A DNA stretch of 64,000 nucleotides from positions 29,060-93,059 of the forward strand of contig DATBXX010000008.1 in NCBI GenBank assembly GCA_036514055.1, written 5' to 3'. The notes below the pieces were generated by a model, which did not search any database, had not been told where the DNA came from, and saw only the letters and a program-made list of their open reading frames with translations. This document shows positions 1 to 10,018 of the stretch, piece by piece. The position numbers and the translations under genes were made by a program. Numbering within the stretch: position 1 is the first letter of the stretch; the number at the start of each line of letters is the position of its first letter. The stretch comes from Candidatus Acidiferrales bacterium. Lineage in GTDB: Bacteria > Acidobacteriota > Terriglobia > Acidiferrales > UBA7541.

Positions 1-1
1 C

Positions 2-1237
2 GGCGGGAAAGTCGCGATTGTCTCCGACTTTCAGTTCGAACCCAAGACGACTCCATTTGCGGGCTACTTTACGATGCTGATTGATGAAAGTGCGACGACT
101 GGAATCTGGACAATCGATTCGCGAATCGACGGCCAGACCGCCGGCAGCTTTTCGTTCCAAATTGTCGCCGGAGCGGGCACGACGCCAGTGCCCACCGCGC
201 GCATTCCGCTCAACGCCACCGACATTTATCATGAGGCGCAAGCCGCTACCGCCTTTGTCGAGAAGTTGGACTCCGACGGAAAGGAGTTCGGCCGCGGCAC
301 CGGATTTTCGCTGGGATCGGGCCGGGTGCTGACCACGTTCGGGAACATCGACGGCGCAACCGAACTGCGCCTGGTCTTTGGCAGCGGGCCGCCGGTGGCC
401 ACACGCCAGATCATCGCCTGGAACCGCTTGCAGGATTGGGCCGTAGTGAAAGTCGACGCGCCAGGAATTCCGGCCCTCAAGCTTGCCCAAGAGAAATCCT
501 GGGTTGTCGGACAGCACGTATATTCGCTGGGAACTTCTCCCGCTGGCGGCCGAACCATCACCGATGGCGGCATCGTCGGCGACACCACCCAACCGGGGGC
601 AGGCGAACGATTGACTCTCTCGTTCACCTTCAATCCCGTGTCAGTCGGAGGACCGGTGCTCAATGACTTTGGAGACGTCATCGGAATGCTGGGCGGTCTC
701 TTGCTTCCCGGCCCCGGAGATTCTCCCTCAAGCGCAGTGCCCCCTTCGGGAGCCGTAGAATCTGTAGCCGTTGCCGCCGCGCTTGCGGTGCCCACCGACT
801 TGGTTAGAATTCCACGGCCGGATGAGCCTTCCTCGACCTTGGCAGACATTGCGGCCAAGGGACTTTTTATGCCTCCGCTTAAGGCACTCGATCAGGTGGG
901 CTATGGCACGCTCGCGCTCGCTCTCGATAGCAGGGGCCCGCAGGCATGGCCAAGGGACACTCGGAATCGTTTTTCGCACAGCGACGGAAAGATGTTGGTC
1001 TTCATCAACTGGATGCCGAAAGCGAAGTTCAAAGGCGTCGCGACGCTGCGATTTTATGACGTGAACAACAAGGAGCTGGCTCAGAGTCAGCCCTCGAACG
1101 TCAACATACGCCCGGGACAATTTACGAGCACTTCCTGGACGGTACCCCTGGTCTCTTTTCCGGCCGGAACCTATCGGGCTGACGTTTACCTTGGAGACGC
1201 TCCCGCCTGGCGGGAGTTTTTCCGCGTGATTCCCTAG
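2..1237 (+). CDS. Trypsin-fold (S1C/HtrA-like) domain protein, probably catalytically inactive; 5' end lies outside the window
   Basis: The frame is open from nt 2 with no stop before the first ATG at 74. Motifs GTGFSLGSGRVLTT, DWAVVKV and SVGGPVLNDFGDVIGML follow the S1C protease layout. The His position (LTNAH becomes LTTFG) and the Ser position (GNSGGP becomes VSVGGP) are substituted. Confidence 0.7.
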   Translation, partial: GGKVAIVSDFQFEPKTTPFAGYFTMLIDESATTGIWTIDSRIDGQTAGSFSFQIVAGAGTTPVPTARIPLNATDIYHEAQAATAFVEKLDSDGKEFGRGTGFSLGSGRVLTTFGNIDGATELRLVFGSGPPVATRQIIAWNRLQDWAVVKVDAPGIPALKLAQEKSWVVGQHVYSLGTSPAGGRTITDGGIVGDTTQPGAGERLTLSFTFNPVSVGGPVLNDFGDVIGMLGGLLLPGPGDSPSSAVPPSGAVESVAVAAALAVPTDLVRIPRPDEPSSTLADIAAKGLFMPPLKALDQVGYGTLALALDSRGPQAWPRDTRNRFSHSDGKMLVFINWMPKAKFKGVATLRFYDVNNKELAQSQPSNVNIRPGQFTSTSWTVPLVSFPAGTYRADVYLGDAPAWREFFRVIP

Positions 1238-1434
1238 GGCGGCGGAAGCAGAGTCCGCAGCCTAAGGTGACGAAGGTCTACGCTCCGTTGCAATACGGTC
1301 ACAATGAGTGACGGTCCAGGTCTTGGGACGTTGGATTGCTAGCGTTCGCAAGGCGCGAGTCGAAGCGCGTCATCGGCGGTGAGGGCGCAGGAATCATTTG
1401 AAATCCATACTCCTGTATGCCAGCCTAAACCGTC

Positions 1435-2403
1435 ATGTCAGGAACATCGCGACTGACTCGCATCGTATTAATTGCCATTTCCGCAATGGGGGCAACGCCC
1501 ACCGCCTGGGGATGGGGATGCAAAGGACACGAAATCGTCGCCCTGGTTGCCGAGGCGCATCTCACTGCCCGCGCACGCGCCATGGCGTTCAAAATACTCG
1601 CCGACGGTCCGATCAATCCGGCGCTTGCGCGCTACTGCAAGGAGCAGGGCTTGGACCCCTTTGTCGACTCATCCACCTGGGCCGATGACGAACGCAGCGT
1701 CCTGCCGGAAACAGGCCCGTGGCACTTCATTGACATCCCGCGTGGCGCACCCGAAAGCAGCGTCAGCGATTACTGTCCGCCTGCAACAGGCTGCGTCACC
1801 AGCGCACTGACTAAGCAGCTTGCGATTCTGCGCGATTCGGGCGCGACGGCCGAAGCCCGTGCCGATGCTTTGAGATTCGTAATCCATTTCGTCGGCGATA
1901 TCCACCAGCCACTGCACGACACAACGAATAACGATCGTGGAGGCAACTGCGTACCCGTCGCGTTCTTCGATCGCGCGCCCCAGGAAACCAATCCCACGCA
2001 GGAAAGCTATACACCGAACCTCCATGAAGTCTGGGATTCGGAAATCATCAGACGGTTCCTGGATTCCCAGACGCCCGAGCAGGCTGCAAGCCAACTCGAA
2101 GCAACGTTCCGCGCCCAAATCCCTTCGTGGCAATCCCAGCCTCCCAACTTCACATCCTGGGCCTGGGAAAGCCATCAACTGGCCGAGGCCATCGTGTATG
2201 GCCGGTTGCCGACCAAAATCGCGATCGAGGCACCGCGCCCGGTCGCACGTTGCACCGACGACGATCACATCTCGACCCGTATGCTCGCACTCGATGAAAA
2301 ACTTGGCGCGGAATATCAGGATGCCGCGGATCCGGTTGTGCGCGAGCAGCTGGTGAAAGCCGGAATCCGCCTGGCGGCGCTACTGAACTCGATCTGGCCC
2401 TGA
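1435..2403 (+). CDS. S1/P1 nuclease family protein (secreted)
   Basis: Signal peptide followed by WGWGCKGHEIVA, HFIDIP and HFVGDIHQPLHD, the metal-ligand motifs of the S1/P1 nuclease family. Confidence 0.85.
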   Translation: MSGTSRLTRIVLIAISAMGATPTAWGWGCKGHEIVALVAEAHLTARARAMAFKILADGPINPALARYCKEQGLDPFVDSSTWADDERSVLPETGPWHFIDIPRGAPESSVSDYCPPATGCVTSALTKQLAILRDSGATAEARADALRFVIHFVGDIHQPLHDTTNNDRGGNCVPVAFFDRAPQETNPTQESYTPNLHEVWDSEIIRRFLDSQTPEQAASQLEATFRAQIPSWQSQPPNFTSWAWESHQLAEAIVYGRLPTKIAIEAPRPVARCTDDDHISTRMLALDEKLGAEYQDAADPVVREQLVKAGIRLAALLNSIWP

Positions 2404-2529
2404 ACGCCGCTTCCAAGGCCCGCTCCTGCGGGCGGCAGACCTTGATTCGCAACGCGTCTCCCTATCCCCTCTCCAAAATTCGAGTCAGTAAGGTAAACTA
2501 GTGAACATTCCGAGGGGGATCTCGAAGCC

Positions 2530-3642
2530 ATGCTGCGTGTAGGACTGATCGGTTGGCGAGGAATGGTCGGTAGCGTGCTCCTGCAAAGAATGCGGGATGA
2601 AGGCGACTTCGCCGGCATTGAACCCCATTTTTTCTCCACCTCGAATGTGGGAGGGACAGCTCCACGGGAAGCCGATGGTGCTCCGCTCCTTGATGCATCG
2701 AATCTGACCGAACTCGCCTCCTGCGAAGCTTTGGTCAGTTGCCAGGGCGGCGAATACACAGCGGAAGTGTACGCGCCTTTGCGAACTCGCGGATGGAAGG
2801 GCTACTGGATTGACGCAGCCTCCACACTCCGCATGAGCGACGATGCCGTGATCGTTCTTGATCCGGTCAACGCCGACGTGATTCACAATGGCCTAGAGCG
2901 CGGCTTGCGCACTTTCGCCGGCGGCAATTGCACGGTCAGTTTAATGCTGATGGCGGTGAGCGGACTCCTCAAAGCCGGGCACGTCGAGTGGATGACGAGC
3001 ATGACGTATCAGGCTGCGTCGGGCGCCGGAGCAGCGAAAATGCTCGAATTGGTGAAGCAGATGGAGCACCTGACTGACCCGACTCGCAAAACACCGTCTG
3101 AAAATGCCCTCGAAGTGGATCGCATGGTTATCCAAGCGCAGCGGGCCGGCGGATTGCCGGTAGCTGAATTTGGCGTACCCCTGGCAGGCAGCTTGATCCC
3201 CTGGATCGATAAAGACATGCCCGGCGGCCAAACCAAGGAAGAGTGGAAGGGGCTCGCCGAGACCAACAAGATCCTGGGCCTGGATCCGCCGGTGCCCGTG
3301 GACGGAATTTGTGTGCGCGTGGGAACCATGCGCTGCCACAGCCAGGCGCTGTGTATCAAGCTGAGGAGGGATATTCCGCTGGGTGAAATCGAACAGATTC
3401 TGGCCGGGGCAAATCCCTGGGTCCGAGTCATTCCAAACAACAAGGAATCAACCCTGCGCTGCCTCACTCCCACGGCCGTTTCCGGAACACTCAACGTCCC
3501 CATCGGCCGCCTGCACAAACTCAACCTTGGAGGGGAATTTCTAGGAGCGTTCACTGTCGGCGACCAACTGCTCTGGGGCGCAGCCGAACCCCTCCGCCGC
3601 ATGCTCGGCATTCTCCGCGAACACCTCGGCGCGGGTGTATAA
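2530..3642 (+). CDS. asd: Aspartate-semialdehyde dehydrogenase
   Basis: N-terminus MLRVGLIGWRGMVGSVLLQRMRDEGDF matches the E. coli-type Asd. Length is 370 aa. Confidence 0.9.
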   Translation: MLRVGLIGWRGMVGSVLLQRMRDEGDFAGIEPHFFSTSNVGGTAPREADGAPLLDASNLTELASCEALVSCQGGEYTAEVYAPLRTRGWKGYWIDAASTLRMSDDAVIVLDPVNADVIHNGLERGLRTFAGGNCTVSLMLMAVSGLLKAGHVEWMTSMTYQAASGAGAAKMLELVKQMEHLTDPTRKTPSENALEVDRMVIQAQRAGGLPVAEFGVPLAGSLIPWIDKDMPGGQTKEEWKGLAETNKILGLDPPVPVDGICVRVGTMRCHSQALCIKLRRDIPLGEIEQILAGANPWVRVIPNNKESTLRCLTPTAVSGTLNVPIGRLHKLNLGGEFLGAFTVGDQLLWGAAEPLRRMLGILREHLGAGV

Positions 3643-3705
3643 TCCCGCGGCCGTCGGATGAAACGAATCGGCCTCTGCAACCGTATTAGCACCCAGGAGG
3701 ACTAC

Positions 3706-4683
3706 ATGCACCGGAAAATTCTTGCGATTTCATTTGCAGTTGCGGTGGCCGCGCTGCCCAGTTTCGCGCAGAGCTCGAGTTTGAATGGCACCTGGAAACT
3801 GAACAACGCCAAGAGCTCCTTCGGCCAATTCCCGCCGCCCGCAAGCGAGACCGATACCATCGGGGTAAGCGGCACAGACTTCAAGCAGCAAGTGACCAGC
3901 GCCGGTGCGCAAGGCAGTCAGACCTATACGCGCTCCTGCACAGTCGACGGTAAGGAAGTAACCCTCTCTCCCGACGATCCGCGCGGCCACCTGGGCGCAA
4001 TTACGCTGTCGAAGATTCAGTGCGCCTGGCAAGGCACTTCAGTCGTTTTCACCGAGACCGCAAACCTTCGTGGCACCGAGCTGACTGATCGACTGACGTT
4101 TTCGGCTTCCCACGACGGCAAGACCATGACCATGGATTCGCACATCACCTCGGCGACAATCAACGGCGACAGGAAGCTCGTCTACGACAAACAGGACGGG
4201 TCGGCGGCGATGAATGATCCAGGGGCGATGGCCGCAACGCCCGGCGCCGCTTCGATGATTCACACTGGTGGTTCTCAGCCGAACCTCACCGGCACATGGA
4301 AATTGGATATACCCAAGAGCAATTTCGGCCAGATCCCCCCACCCACAAGCCAAACCGATACGATTGACGATAGCGAGCCTGCGGTCAAAATCGTAGAGGA
4401 CCAGAAAGGCGGCATGATGGGCGACATGAACCTCACCTCCACACTCAGCACCGACGGAAAGGAGACCACCTCCCCGGGCATGGGAGGCGCCCCGACAACG
4501 AGCACCGCGCATTGGGACGGCGTCGCGCTGGTCGTTGACTCAAAGCTCAGCTTCCAGGGTACCGACGTCAAGGTTAAGGATACCTACACCCTGAGCAGCG
4601 ACGGGAAAACGCTCACCGAAGTCACTCACGTTGAATCGGGAATGGGGAATTTCGATTCGACCAGCGTGTACGACAAGCAGTAG
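3706..4683 (+). CDS. Secreted protein with two tandem copies of a roughly 150-aa GTWKL-type (lipocalin-like) module
   Basis: Start moved to MHRKILAISFAVAVAALPSFAQ, a signal peptide. The two halves are parallel: LNGTWKLNNAKSSFGQFPPPASETDTI...VYDKQ and LTGTWKLDIPKSNFGQIPPPTSQTDTI...VYDKQ. Confidence 0.75.
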   Translation: MHRKILAISFAVAVAALPSFAQSSSLNGTWKLNNAKSSFGQFPPPASETDTIGVSGTDFKQQVTSAGAQGSQTYTRSCTVDGKEVTLSPDDPRGHLGAITLSKIQCAWQGTSVVFTETANLRGTELTDRLTFSASHDGKTMTMDSHITSATINGDRKLVYDKQDGSAAMNDPGAMAATPGAASMIHTGGSQPNLTGTWKLDIPKSNFGQIPPPTSQTDTIDDSEPAVKIVEDQKGGMMGDMNLTSTLSTDGKETTSPGMGGAPTTSTAHWDGVALVVDSKLSFQGTDVKVKDTYTLSSDGKTLTEVTHVESGMGNFDSTSVYDKQ

Positions 4684-4706
4684 CTCGAAATCCGCGCCAG
4701 ATGCGG

Positions 4707-5654
4707 CTAGGTGAGATACGCCGAACGATCCCCGAGCGGGAGAGCGGCCCGGGTGGTGGCGTGGAACAGGCACCGCACGGTGTCAAGAAAAGCGAACACC
4801 GCTCTGGAGTCTTCGTTCTTGCGCCACATCAGGTGTACGTCTGCCGTGGCGCCGGGTTCGTCGAGCGGGACCACAGCCACTTCGCTGCCGGGAGCCGGAC
4901 GGCAAGCAATTTCATCCGGGATAATCAGAATCCCCTTGCGGCAAGCGAGCAGCATGGCCTGGACGCCATTGTGGGGCGCCGGCTCCGGCGGGACATAGAT
5001 AATATTTGGAGTCACTCCGGCTGCGGCATACATCTCGAGCGTTTTGTCGTGAAGACCGGTGGCCAGCACAGGATCGAAAAGCAAGAGCGGTTCCTCTGCT
5101 AAATCCTTCAAGCGCAGGCTTTTTCGTTTCGACAGCGGATTCGATTTGCTGATGTGAACCGCAAGCTTTTCCTCGAACAGGAATTCAGAAGCCAGCTGGC
5201 CGGAGTCACCAAAGGGGCGCAGGAACCCGATGTCGACTTCGCCATCGGACAAGGCCTTGTACTGGGCCCTTGAGAATACGTCCCGGCACTGGACTTCGAC
5301 GGCCGGAAACTTCTTCGCGTGCTCAATAAGCACACGGCTCACGCGTTCTCCCAATCCGGGACCGATTCCGATTCTAACCAACCCGACCGAGCCGCACTTC
5401 GCCATGCGAACCGAATCCGAGACGCGCGCCGTCTGGGCGACTAAAGCCTTGGCTTCTTGCAGGAGCAGGCGCCCGGCATCTGTGAGCACTACGTGGCGAC
5501 GATCGCGCACAAACAGGCGCACTTCGAACTCTTCCTCCAGTTGACGGATCTGGCGGCTCAACGGAGGGACGGTGACGTGCAACTGCTGCGCAGCCTTTGA
5601 GAAGCTGAGATGTTCTGCCACCGCGATAAAGTACCTAAGCTGACGAAGCTCCAT
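4707..5654 (-). CDS. LysR-family transcriptional regulator
   Basis: MELRQLRYFIAVAEHLSFSKAAQQLHVTVPPLSRQIRQLEEE is the canonical LysR winged-HTH N-terminus. Start taken at the MELRQL methionine. The gene is divergent from the TBDR-like gene. Confidence 0.9.
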   Translation of the reverse strand: MELRQLRYFIAVAEHLSFSKAAQQLHVTVPPLSRQIRQLEEEFEVRLFVRDRRHVVLTDAGRLLLQEAKALVAQTARVSDSVRMAKCGSVGLVRIGIGPGLGERVSRVLIEHAKKFPAVEVQCRDVFSRAQYKALSDGEVDIGFLRPFGDSGQLASEFLFEEKLAVHISKSNPLSKRKSLRLKDLAEEPLLLFDPVLATGLHDKTLEMYAAAGVTPNIIYVPPEPAPHNGVQAMLLACRKGILIIPDEIACRPAPGSEVAVVPLDEPGATADVHLMWRKNEDSRAVFAFLDTVRCLFHATTRAALPLGDRSAYLT

Positions 5655-5889
5655 CGGAGGTCCCCGCCCTTTGCCAATCCTTATATTCCGAATCGGTAAC
5701 AGAAGCAATCAAAATAAGAAATAGACAACCTGAACTATTAAGGTATTAGTGTCCCATGCGGTTGGGGTGGAACGATCCCGGTTGTCAACTTGGGTGATAG
5801 TCCAAATCAAGTTGCTAAAGGTGCGCTTTCACTCTGCGATATGATGTCGGTAATTCTTGCTAGCAACAAAGACTGACTTGGGGGACGTG

Positions 5890-8800
5890 ATGAACACACG
5901 ATTTACCGGACGCAAGCTTGTGAACTCGCTGCTCGTTTTCTTGGGAGTCGTGCTGCTTTGCGCGTCGGTCGCGCATGCGCAGACTTCCGCGACGGGTTCA
6001 ATCGCTGGAACTGTCACCGATCCGCAGGGCCGCGCAGTGCCCAATGCAACGGTGACGGCCACCAGTCTCGACACGAACCAGATGCGCACCTCGACGACTG
6101 GCGCCTCCGGCGATTACAAGTTTTCCCTATTGCCCGAGGGAAACTACTCGCTGAAGTTCAGCGCCGCGGGTTTTAAGACCTCGGAAGTTTCATCGGTCCC
6201 GGTGAACGTGACCGAGACATCGACCTTGAATCAGTCCCTGGAAGTCGGCGCGGTGACCCAGACCGTAACGGTTGAGAGCAGCGTCGAGACCTTGCAGACC
6301 GAGAGCTCCACGCTCGGAACCACGGTCACAGGTACCCAGATCGCAGCTCTGCCCATGGCCAACGGCAACTACACCGAGATTCTGAGCCTGTCGGCTGGGA
6401 CCAACGTCGGCGTCGACAACGCGACATCGGTCGGTAAAGGGACACAGGACATCAGCGCGAATGGTGTCAACCCGGGATCGAATAACTATCAAATGGACGG
6501 CGTGGCAGTTAACAACATCGCCAACTCCGGCAGCGCGAACGACGGCACGATCTATACCGGAATCCCGATTCCCAGTACCGACGCCATCGCCGAATTCAAG
6601 GTACAGACGTCGACCTATGACGCAAGCTACGGCCGCAACCCCGGCGCGAACGTGACCGTCAGCACCAAGGCCGGCTCCAACGACTTTCACGGCTCCGCGT
6701 TTGAGTTCTTCCGGAACTCTGTTTTGAATTCGAGCGACTACTTCTACAACCAGATTCCTGATCAGCCACACCAGATCCTGAATCAGAACCAGTTCGGAGC
6801 CACGATCGGCGGTCCGATCAAGAAAGATAAGCTTTTCTTCTTCTTCAGCTACCGCGGAACCCGCGGCAAGAACGGCGTAGCGGCCCAGGGCGAGACCGAG
6901 GGCGCGCTTCTGCCCACCTTCTTGAACCCGTACGCAGCGCTGGGTTCGCGCGGCACCTGCGCTACCCCCGCGGGGGTACCTGATCTCGGCACTATAGCCG
7001 CCGAGTGCGACGCCACTGCGCAGGCTTTTGCAACAGCTGCGGGAATTCCAAACGGGAATGTCGTGGGACTCCGGATTTTCCAGCTTACGACTGGTACTGG
7101 CGCGGGGGTGCCGAATAACTACTACATCCCTGCTCCGATCTCCGACCCGCAGTTCTGTAACGGAACCACGGGAGTGTGCAATTTCGACGTTCCAGCCATC
7201 TACCACGAGAACCAATACGTCGCCAACGGCGATTACGTGATAAACAGCAAACAAACGCTGACCACCAAGTTCTTTAACACCAGAAACCCCCAATCGTTGT
7301 TCTTGGGCCAGGCGGGCGGGGATCTGCCGGGCACGCCGGTGTCAACGCCTTGGGGCAATGACGCTGCCGTTCTGAAGCTCACTTCGCTGGTGACAAACAA
7401 TTTCGTCAATGAAGCGCGGGCGTCCTACCAGCGCAATAATGGCGGCGCAAACGTATCTGTTCCGCCGGGCGGCTGCCCCAATGCCGGCAAGCTCACGGGT
7501 CTGGAAGGATGCGGCTCGCCGGATCAACTGGGTTTGCAGCCCCTGGTTCCAGGATTTTATGAGCCGCCGACCATCATTGACATTATTGACGGCTACACTC
7601 TGTTTGGAGGCCTCCTTCCCTTTAAGGGGCCGACGAACCAACTCCAGTTGGCTGACCAGATTTCCTGGTCCCACGGCAGACACAGTATCCGCGCGGGTTA
7701 CGAGTATGAATGGACGAATTGGCCCCTGACCGATGGCGGGCTTCAGCAAGGACTCGAGCTGGTGCTTGGCGCCGGTGCGGTCCCGGGACTGAACGGGCTT
7801 GAGGCCGGAGGCTTCGGGACCGCTGGACCTACAGCAGGTCCCGGCTGGGACGTCGGATGCATATTCTGCGTGAAGGGCATCACCGGGGAACACGGGATTA
7901 CGCACTTCTACAAGCTGAACAACCAGAACGCTTATGTGCTGGACGACTTTAAGGTCAGTTCGCGACTGACGTTGAACTTCGGCATGCGCTGGGAGTTTGA
8001 CGGGTTGCTCAGCGACAGCCTCGGAAGGCTCACGCAGGTCTGGCTCAGCCAGTTGGCTCCTGCTCCCGACGTGCCAACGTCGCTCGCGCAGGCGCTCGTG
8101 GACCCGGCCGGTATCCAGGGATACGTGGTAGCAAGCAACTTCGCAGCCCACTTCGGACCGCCGCCTGTGGGCGTCCAAACCGCGACGAACAGAAACTCGA
8201 TTCAGGGGCACACCCCGTATAGCAACTTCGCTCCACGGTTCGGATTCGCCTGGCAGCCGCTCAGCGGTGGGAAGCTCGTAGTACGCGGCGGAGTCGGTAT
8301 CTTCTACAATCGCGTTGGACTGGACAGCGTAGTACACGCCTATGAACAGGGCTACCCGTACGCCGCGACGTACGACTATGGTCCGCCGAGCAGCCGGTGG
8401 GCCGCGGCCACTTTGCCGCAACCCTATCCACAGATACAACTGGCTTGCATGCCTTCGGATCCGAATTGCAATTCGGATTTCGGGCTCGGATTTGCCGCAC
8501 GCTTCGCGAATCCAACCACCGGTGCGGATTCCAGCTTGAGTACACCTTTTGATCCGAACGCCGTCCACACACCGCTAGTCCGGGAGTACAGCCTGGGCAC
8601 GCAATATGAGTTCCTTCCCGGTTGGGTGCTCGACATTGGATACGTCGGATCGAGCGGCATCAACCTCCTGGATTACAACCACAATCACAACCAGGCCATC
8701 CTGGCAACGCCGACCAACCAATTTGCGTCCCTTTGCACAGGAGTCGCCCCCGACCAGATTTGTAACACGGCCTCGAACGCGCAGTTCCGCGTGCCGTTTC

Positions 8801-9666
8801 CCGGATACCAGACCGATGGTCTGGCGGGCTCGGACGATAACGGCTACTCCAACTACAACAGCTTGCAAGTCACTGTGCGCCACCAGTTCTCGCACGGCCT
8901 CTCCATACAGGCTGCCTACACTTGGGACAAGGATCTCACTACCGTCTTTTTTGGCCCGAGTGCCAACATCAATAACGCAGCGTGCATGATTTGCCAGTAC
9001 GGCCGGGCATCGTTCGACCGGCCCCAGCGTTTCGTTGTCAACTACAGCTACGATTTGCCCTTTGGCAAGAATACCGAGGGGATCGAGAACAAGTTGATCA
9101 ACGGCTGGAATGTTTCGGGTATTACGATCGCACAAGACGGTGACCCGCTTACGTTTATCGCAGCGTCGGGCAGTACGAACGCAGCGGTGGAGACTGGCGC
9201 GGCTTTCGGCACAAGCACAACGAGTTATCTTGATGGCGTCTCGACGGCTGAGTACTGTGCCGGCGCCAACAATAAGAACGTCTTCACAACCGGCCCGATT
9301 AACTCCAGAGTGGGCTCGAACAACAACTACTTTAACCTGGCCGACTTTTGCCCGGCGGCGATCGTGCCGTTCGGGGATGCGACTGCAACAGACTACGGGA
9401 ATACCAAAGTCGGCGCGGTGCTTGGCCCGGGTCAGTTCAACTGGGATATCTCGATCCTAAAGAACACCAAGCTTACCGAGCGGGTTAACATGCAGTTCCG
9501 GTCGGATTTCTACAACGCCTTTAACCACGCGCAGTTCGCAGATCCCGGTGGCACCTCGTTTGGCACCATTGGTTTCGAGGACATCGCGTCGCCGACGACT
9601 GTACGCGTAACCCACACGAACGTGAACCCGCGCTTGATTCAATTCGGAGTGCACTTCACGTTCTAG
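5890..9666 (+). CDS. TonB-dependent receptor-like outer-membrane protein with N-terminal carboxypeptidase-regulatory-like domain
   Basis: Signal peptide MNTRFTGRKLVNSLLVFLGVVLLCASVAHAQ. CarboxypepD_reg-like segment SIAGTVTDPQGRAVPNATVTATSLDTNQ...GDYKFSLLPEGNYSLKFSAAGF. About 1,250 aa, with a C-terminal aromatic residue (..HFTF). Confidence 0.85.
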   Translation: MNTRFTGRKLVNSLLVFLGVVLLCASVAHAQTSATGSIAGTVTDPQGRAVPNATVTATSLDTNQMRTSTTGASGDYKFSLLPEGNYSLKFSAAGFKTSEVSSVPVNVTETSTLNQSLEVGAVTQTVTVESSVETLQTESSTLGTTVTGTQIAALPMANGNYTEILSLSAGTNVGVDNATSVGKGTQDISANGVNPGSNNYQMDGVAVNNIANSGSANDGTIYTGIPIPSTDAIAEFKVQTSTYDASYGRNPGANVTVSTKAGSNDFHGSAFEFFRNSVLNSSDYFYNQIPDQPHQILNQNQFGATIGGPIKKDKLFFFFSYRGTRGKNGVAAQGETEGALLPTFLNPYAALGSRGTCATPAGVPDLGTIAAECDATAQAFATAAGIPNGNVVGLRIFQLTTGTGAGVPNNYYIPAPISDPQFCNGTTGVCNFDVPAIYHENQYVANGDYVINSKQTLTTKFFNTRNPQSLFLGQAGGDLPGTPVSTPWGNDAAVLKLTSLVTNNFVNEARASYQRNNGGANVSVPPGGCPNAGKLTGLEGCGSPDQLGLQPLVPGFYEPPTIIDIIDGYTLFGGLLPFKGPTNQLQLADQISWSHGRHSIRAGYEYEWTNWPLTDGGLQQGLELVLGAGAVPGLNGLEAGGFGTAGPTAGPGWDVGCIFCVKGITGEHGITHFYKLNNQNAYVLDDFKVSSRLTLNFGMRWEFDGLLSDSLGRLTQVWLSQLAPAPDVPTSLAQALVDPAGIQGYVVASNFAAHFGPPPVGVQTATNRNSIQGHTPYSNFAPRFGFAWQPLSGGKLVVRGGVGIFYNRVGLDSVVHAYEQGYPYAATYDYGPPSSRWAAATLPQPYPQIQLACMPSDPNCNSDFGLGFAARFANPTTGADSSLSTPFDPNAVHTPLVREYSLGTQYEFLPGWVLDIGYVGSSGINLLDYNHNHNQAILATPTNQFASLCTGVAPDQICNTASNAQFRVPFPGYQTDGLAGSDDNGYSNYNSLQVTVRHQFSHGLSIQAAYTWDKDLTTVFFGPSANINNAACMICQYGRASFDRPQRFVVNYSYDLPFGKNTEGIENKLINGWNVSGITIAQDGDPLTFIAASGSTNAAVETGAAFGTSTTSYLDGVSTAEYCAGANNKNVFTTGPINSRVGSNNNYFNLADFCPAAIVPFGDATATDYGNTKVGAVLGPGQFNWDISILKNTKLTERVNMQFRSDFYNAFNHAQFADPGGTSFGTIGFEDIASPTTVRVTHTNVNPRLIQFGVHFTF

Positions 9667-10018
9667 ACCCCAAGCCGCGGCGAATGTGGCGCGGGGCACA
9701 ACGATATGTTGCGCGGGTCAGACGGGACTCGAGAAATTCGCCTGGCTCGCAGCGGCAGCGAATGTACCACCCCTAGTACCACCCCGGGAGCCCGGCGCGG
9801 AGACTTCGGTCTTCGCGCCAGGTGACCGCCTCTCCGTTCTCAATTCCGCAGAGCTGTGGGACTATCACCTGCTTCGGTTGTATTTTCGGAGACAGGATTG
9901 TCGAACGCCGTAACCGCGGCGAATCGAAACGATTACGGAGATGAACTGAATTGAATGCGCCGCGCCTTTTCGCGGTGTACACTCTGGGCCGGATCGGTCG
10001 AGCCTAAGGGGGTGGGCC

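Noticed and set aside
6190-8568. Long antisense ORFs (6190-7293, 367 aa; 7342-8568, 408 aa) inside the TBDR-like gene. Similar cases are 43317-44279 (opposite glnII), 27974-28708 (opposite the NtrC-type gene), 35743-36612, and 31843-32724.
   Set aside because: These are typical high-GC shadow ORFs. Their translations are Arg/Pro/Gly/Ala-rich and low in information. Each lies fully inside a gene whose product has clear family motifs on the other strand.
9667-10018. Repeated GCGGCGAAT strings and hairpins in the gap between the TBDR-like gene and the dioxygenase gene. I considered a riboswitch or REP-like repeat family.
   Set aside because: There are only two or three short, imperfect copies, and no recognisable riboswitch core. 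I kept the region as context under the dioxygenase-locus finding rather than as a feature.
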